Positions 55,393 to 64,000 of a stretch of 64,000 nucleotides of DNA are shown here, piece after piece. Position 1 is the stretch's first letter; each line of letters begins with the position of its first letter. The DNA is from Octopus vulgaris (Eukaryota). A program made the translations under genes and the position numbers. The notes under the pieces are model-generated. The model was not told the origin of the DNA, searched no databases, and saw only the letters and a program-made list of their open reading frames with translations. The stretch is taken from contig OX597815.1 of the NCBI GenBank assembly GCA_951406725.2, positions 193,564,001 to 193,628,000 of the forward strand, in the 5' to 3' direction.

Positions 55393-55395
<3 letters not shown>
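55140..55395 (-). mobile_element. tRNA-derived SINE, group 3b (same 5' half as 3a, different 3' half)
   Basis: 55225-55393 matches 53205-53403; 55140-55225 is unrelated to 53017-53200. Confidence 0.85.
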
Positions 55396-55488
<93 letters not shown>

Positions 55489-55858
55489 GGTTATAAAATG
55501 AGATAGGGGTTGAAAATTCAACCCACCATGGGATAATATATATCCAATATACTGCTAGATAGGTACCCAACAAAATTAATACATAGATGTTAGAAATTGT
55601 CAAGCAATCAGTTCATCTATTGTATTAAATGGGTAAAGGTAATAATATTACCGTAAATTAATACTACAAAATTAGAGAATGGAGAAACATACTTAAATCA
55701 GTAAAACATCAACTATCCGATGATACTCAATCCATACTTTAATACACCATTACATATGAGTAAAGGCAATATATAAAATGAAATGAGATATACAGTAATA
55801 GTAAAAGTAAAAAGATAAAGAGATATAAGTAAAAAATTTCAAATATAATATGCAAATA

Positions 55859-55983
55859 AATCAAAACTGACAGCTGTTTCGGCAGTGAGGACAGTCATAC
55901 CTCATTTAACCTATAAGCCATAAAGGCAGGTATAAATGAGGCATTAACAAAGATGCCCCACGGCCTCTTCAGAGAATTAAATT
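55859..55983 (-). ncRNA. Type I hammerhead ribozyme (Penelope-associated)
   Basis: Minus strand CTGAAGA-GGC...(long branched stem II)...GCC-GAAA-CAGCT-GTC; palindromic stem III ACAGCTGT; weak stem I. Confidence 0.72.
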
Positions 55984-56313
55984 AAATTTGTTATAATAGT
56001 GAAAAATATTATATAATCATATACATATAAATATAAAAATATAAAAATGTAAAATATAAAAACTTAGACATCATAATGCTACACTTATATAATATAATAC
56101 ACATTTGTACAAAAAGGAAGGTAAACAGAACAAAATAAAACAAAATATATAACAGTGTATATATAATATTAATAAGTACCGATATCATACATATTTGGCT
56201 AATAGTTTTTTTTATAAAAAAAAGGGCTAACACATATGGAGATGAAAAATAATAATTAAATCCGTGGTACAGTTCATAAAATTCTAAAGCTATAAAAGTT
56301 AATAAAAATTACT

Positions 56314-56316
<3 letters not shown>

Positions 56317-56386
<70 letters not shown>

Positions 56387-56392
56387 TAATAA
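56317..56392. repeat. (TAA)n microsatellite
   Basis: Direct inspection. Confidence 0.95.
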
Positions 56393-59300
56393 AAATAGAT
56401 ACAGTTAAGTTAGCACCAAGTCCATCCTTTCAAGATCGAAATAACTATGAGTTAAGAAATGCTGACCACTAGGTAAAGAAAATTTAGATTAATTCGATTG
56501 GCTATTGGTTTGAAATTTAAATCACAAAAGAAAATTATACGGTTGGTTAGTCAGGGAACGCCAATATTCACACACGCATCTACAGATCAATCGCACATAC
56601 ACACATAGTTATATGTATATACATACACTTATACACATACATAATCATAAGCAACAACTAACACTTAGATAAACAAAAAGGGAAGCAACTATGCTAACAT
56701 TAAGTCCTTCAAAATTATAACTGAGCCTCAATAACAAAAAAAGAACCATCCATGCATTCTATAAAATATTTAATTAAGATATAAATATATTTTTAAATAT
56801 CAGTATGTTACTAATTCAGATAATTATTTCATGGGTAACTTAAAATTTATAACACCGGTTTGTTGCAAAGTAAACATACGGTTGTTAGGTTTATCGTAAG
56901 TTTGTTATGATTTTAAGTACGCTAAATTATAAAATATAAAATATAAAATATATATTAATTTAAATATTATAAATAAGTCACTTATTAACTTAATAAATAT
57001 AGTGCCATAATATACCAGTTTAGGCATTAAAGAATAGAAGGGGAAGTATTAATGTAAACGCTTATGAGAACATCACAGAAATTTTAAATAAATTTTATAT
57101 TATAAAGACTTAAGATGAAAAGAGATAAAATAAATAAAAAGGAATAAATACGAAGGAATAAATACGGTTATACACATAATTATAAGTACAAACTAGTATA
57201 TATGTATTCATATATTATTAAAATTAAATAAAAATAAATGATAGATATGTATGTATAAAACTACACCAGTATAAGTAAATAAGTAAAAAATAAATAGGTA
57301 ACAAATTAGATGACTTGATATGTATGTAAACATCCACACTTAAAAAGGCAAATAAATAAATAAATAGAAGACTAGATGCAAATATTGATAATATTACAAT
57401 AAAATGGGAAATAAATAAAAATAAATAAAGTGAATATATATATTTTATATTGTTGAAAGTAAATATGTATGGAAGGATAGTTTAAAGTACAGATCCAGAG
57501 GACTATAGATATAAACTAAATATATGAGGCTGGTAACAATTATAAAGCAAAATGCATGTAAATGAGAAAATGAAAAAAATGAAAAAGGTTTATCAGTGAA
57601 TAGCATAAGATACAAATTAAGGTGAGTACAAAAAGACCAAATATATAATAAAAACCTTCCAAATAAACACATACAAAAAACCTATAATCTCAACCTAAAC
57701 CCACCAAACTCACAAAAGGCTCTCATATATTACATATTATACAATATCATTACATTATCCAGAGCTATGTATCTAACCAAGATATACATATATACTATGC
57801 AATATACTATGCAATATTGGAAAACTTCAAAAATCACACATTACAAGGCAAATACCAAAATGAATATGTTATTTTATGTCATATTGCATTTCTCTTAAAA
57901 AAAAAAAAAAAAAAAAAAACAAAAACCCACATACAAAAACCAAGAAACCAATAATACTAGACACATCCATTAATTATTATACAAATGTAGCTATAAAAAT
58001 TATAAAATTATGAAATTTATAAATTGTATACTTTAGAATTATAGAAGACCACAGGTATATTTAGTTAAAGAAGGGAATTAAAAAATTAATAATAGTGGAA
58101 GTGCTAAGTTCTATTTGAATCTAGAAAAGGTGAACGGTAGCCTATGAATACAAAAGAAGTTTTTCTCATTAATGTTGTTAATAATTTGCCGACCCGCTTT
58201 AATAATGAAGAAAATTTCATTAATACATAGAGAGCATTTTTTATTTTTTCCATTATACACAGGTGCTGAAGTTAGTATTTTCCAGTTTAATCTAAAATCT
58301 AAGTTCTTACTTTTAAGTTCCCAAATGTATGCACTTAGCCCTGTAGAGTACATTCTATTTTTATTCCTAAAAGTATATCTGTGATAATTCCATCTTTGTT
58401 TTATGCTATTCATAGTTGCCCCGATATACACCCTACTACTCAATTGTGTATCTACAGTGCATTGGTAAACTACCTCCTTCCTGAGGCATTGATTACCAAA
58501 TACACATTTATTTTTATTTCTGCAATTACAAAGATTAACAGAATGAGGAAATCTAAGATTGGACACCACCCCTATACTACTATTCACATTATAAGTGTTA
58601 CAATTGTTATCATCATCCAAACCCAAAATCAACGAATGAGTTAATTTCACATTATCGGCTATATTCCTATCACTAGTACTAGTATTGGTAGTAGTGGTAT
58701 GATCTATTACATTTATATTATCTCTGACAGGTATGGTGCACTCATTATTAGTAAGGAGGTTGCTCCCATTTGTTCCAAGAAAATTTCTATTCCTATTATT
58801 AATGAAGAGGGGCAAGTTTTCCTGGTCTAAATTCAATTTTCTATCCTTATAGAAGTGATCCAGTTTCTTGTTATTAAAAGAGGAGATAATGGTGGCTAGA
58901 TTATGAGTAATGCTATATCCCACTCTAACAGTACCGTTGTTAATTAAAGGACTAAATTTATTCCTATCCTTACCAAAATGCCTAAAAATAACATTATGCA
59001 AAGCTCTCACTATGTTTGTTTTAATCTGCATTGCATACGGGATAATCAACCAAAGAGTATCCTTATCAGAATTAGGATTGCCTATAGAATTAATGTTATT
59101 TGTAAAAATCCTATTCGTAGACCAACTCATAGGATTACTATTCTTACCACTGTCATTGTTATATCTATCTATATCAATATTACCATGGTTATTGCGCAAG
59201 TAAACTTTACCATTATCATGTCTACCATAAGTTTTAATTCGTATATTATTATTAATATTACTACTATTACCCGTATGTTTAGATCTATTTGAGCTACCGT

Positions 59301-60004
59301 TCACCTTTCCAAGGTTAACGTCACTTCTACATTTATTATAGGTGTTATCATATATTCTATTTTTACTATTCTTATGTATATTGTTGATTATCCTAAATCT
59401 ATTTGTGTTGTTCCTGATAGTTCTACCTCCATTAGGGGTTCCCCTTAGGTATAAACCAAATCTTACTTTTATATCCTGCCTTAAGTAATGCTGCATTGTA
59501 TCTATCACAGTGTTTGTTAAAAATTTCCTCGTTTGAGGATAAACTAGAAATTCTCTGACTAATGCTACGCACTAGTGCATTTTTAATTTGAGGGGGGTGA
59601 TTACTAGAACGGTTAATGTATATTAGGTTAGAATTAGGTTTAATATAGGGTTCATGTAAACCATTAGTAATGTTACAATTAACATCTAAATAATTAGCAG
59701 AATAATTTTCACTTTCAATGATAATGGATAGGCCGAAGCTTTTAAAAAATTTGTTTATTCTTTTTTTCAGAAGATCTAATCTCCTATTTGATGTATTCCT
59801 AACACAAAATAAGGCGTCATCCCTGTATAATCCGCCTTTTAATTCAGGGAATTCCCTACTAAAGTTATCTAATAGATACATCCCAACTAGATCAGTCACC
59901 TCCGCTGAGTCCGGCGATCCCATTGTGATATCGAACAAGTTGGGTGTGTCCTTTCTAGCCCAAAGTTTATTATCAAACTCTATTAAAGTTTTCCTGGCTG
60001 TTAG

Positions 60005-64000
<3,996 letters not shown>

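Larger units (their letters stand above)
55490..60004 (-). mobile_element. Penelope-like element, 5'-truncated at (TA)n, with long AT-rich 3' region
   Basis: [15 protein letters not shown]...GLYRDDAL...YLDV...NHPP (59432-60003); after a frameshift, GIY-YIG VYQCTV...VYIGAT...KQRWNYH...CSLCINE (to 58111); hammerhead near 55900. The 3' boundary is approximate. Confidence 0.85.

Noticed and set aside
59432-59508. Programmed frameshift in the Penelope ORF
   Set aside because: No slippery heptamer seen, and Penelope ORFs are normally continuous; probably a simple indel.

Overview
Gene-free, repeat-saturated eukaryotic DNA. The SINE repertoire and microsatellite load suggest a cephalopod (Octopus-like) genome; this is an inference. 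The window holds 14 insertions from five related CR1-superfamily (APE endonuclease + RT) LINE families, labelled A, B, B', C and D here. They lie in both orientations, each is embedded in long (TA)n tracts, and copies within a family are nearly identical. One B copy (2281-6913, minus) is full length, and its ORF1 has a Myb/SANT-like domain plus two CCCH fingers. In families A and B, ORF2 has no AUG before the endonuclease motif, lies in the -1 frame and overlaps ORF1 across a canonical slippery heptamer, which suggests an ORF1-EN-RT fusion protein. All five families and one tRNA-derived SINE share a covarying two-hairpin 3' signal. Together these point to a candidate (TA)n-microsatellite-targeting LINE/SINE system. 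Also present: a decayed RTE LINE with a PHD-like insert, an RTE-type 5' UTR fragment, two Penelope-like elements, several hammerhead ribozyme motifs, a Tc1 fragment, a non-autonomous Helitron, a Merlin-like MITE, an R4/Dong-like remnant, three SINE groups and foldback elements. No host gene, rRNA, true tRNA or CRISPR array is supported. All comparisons were made by eye.
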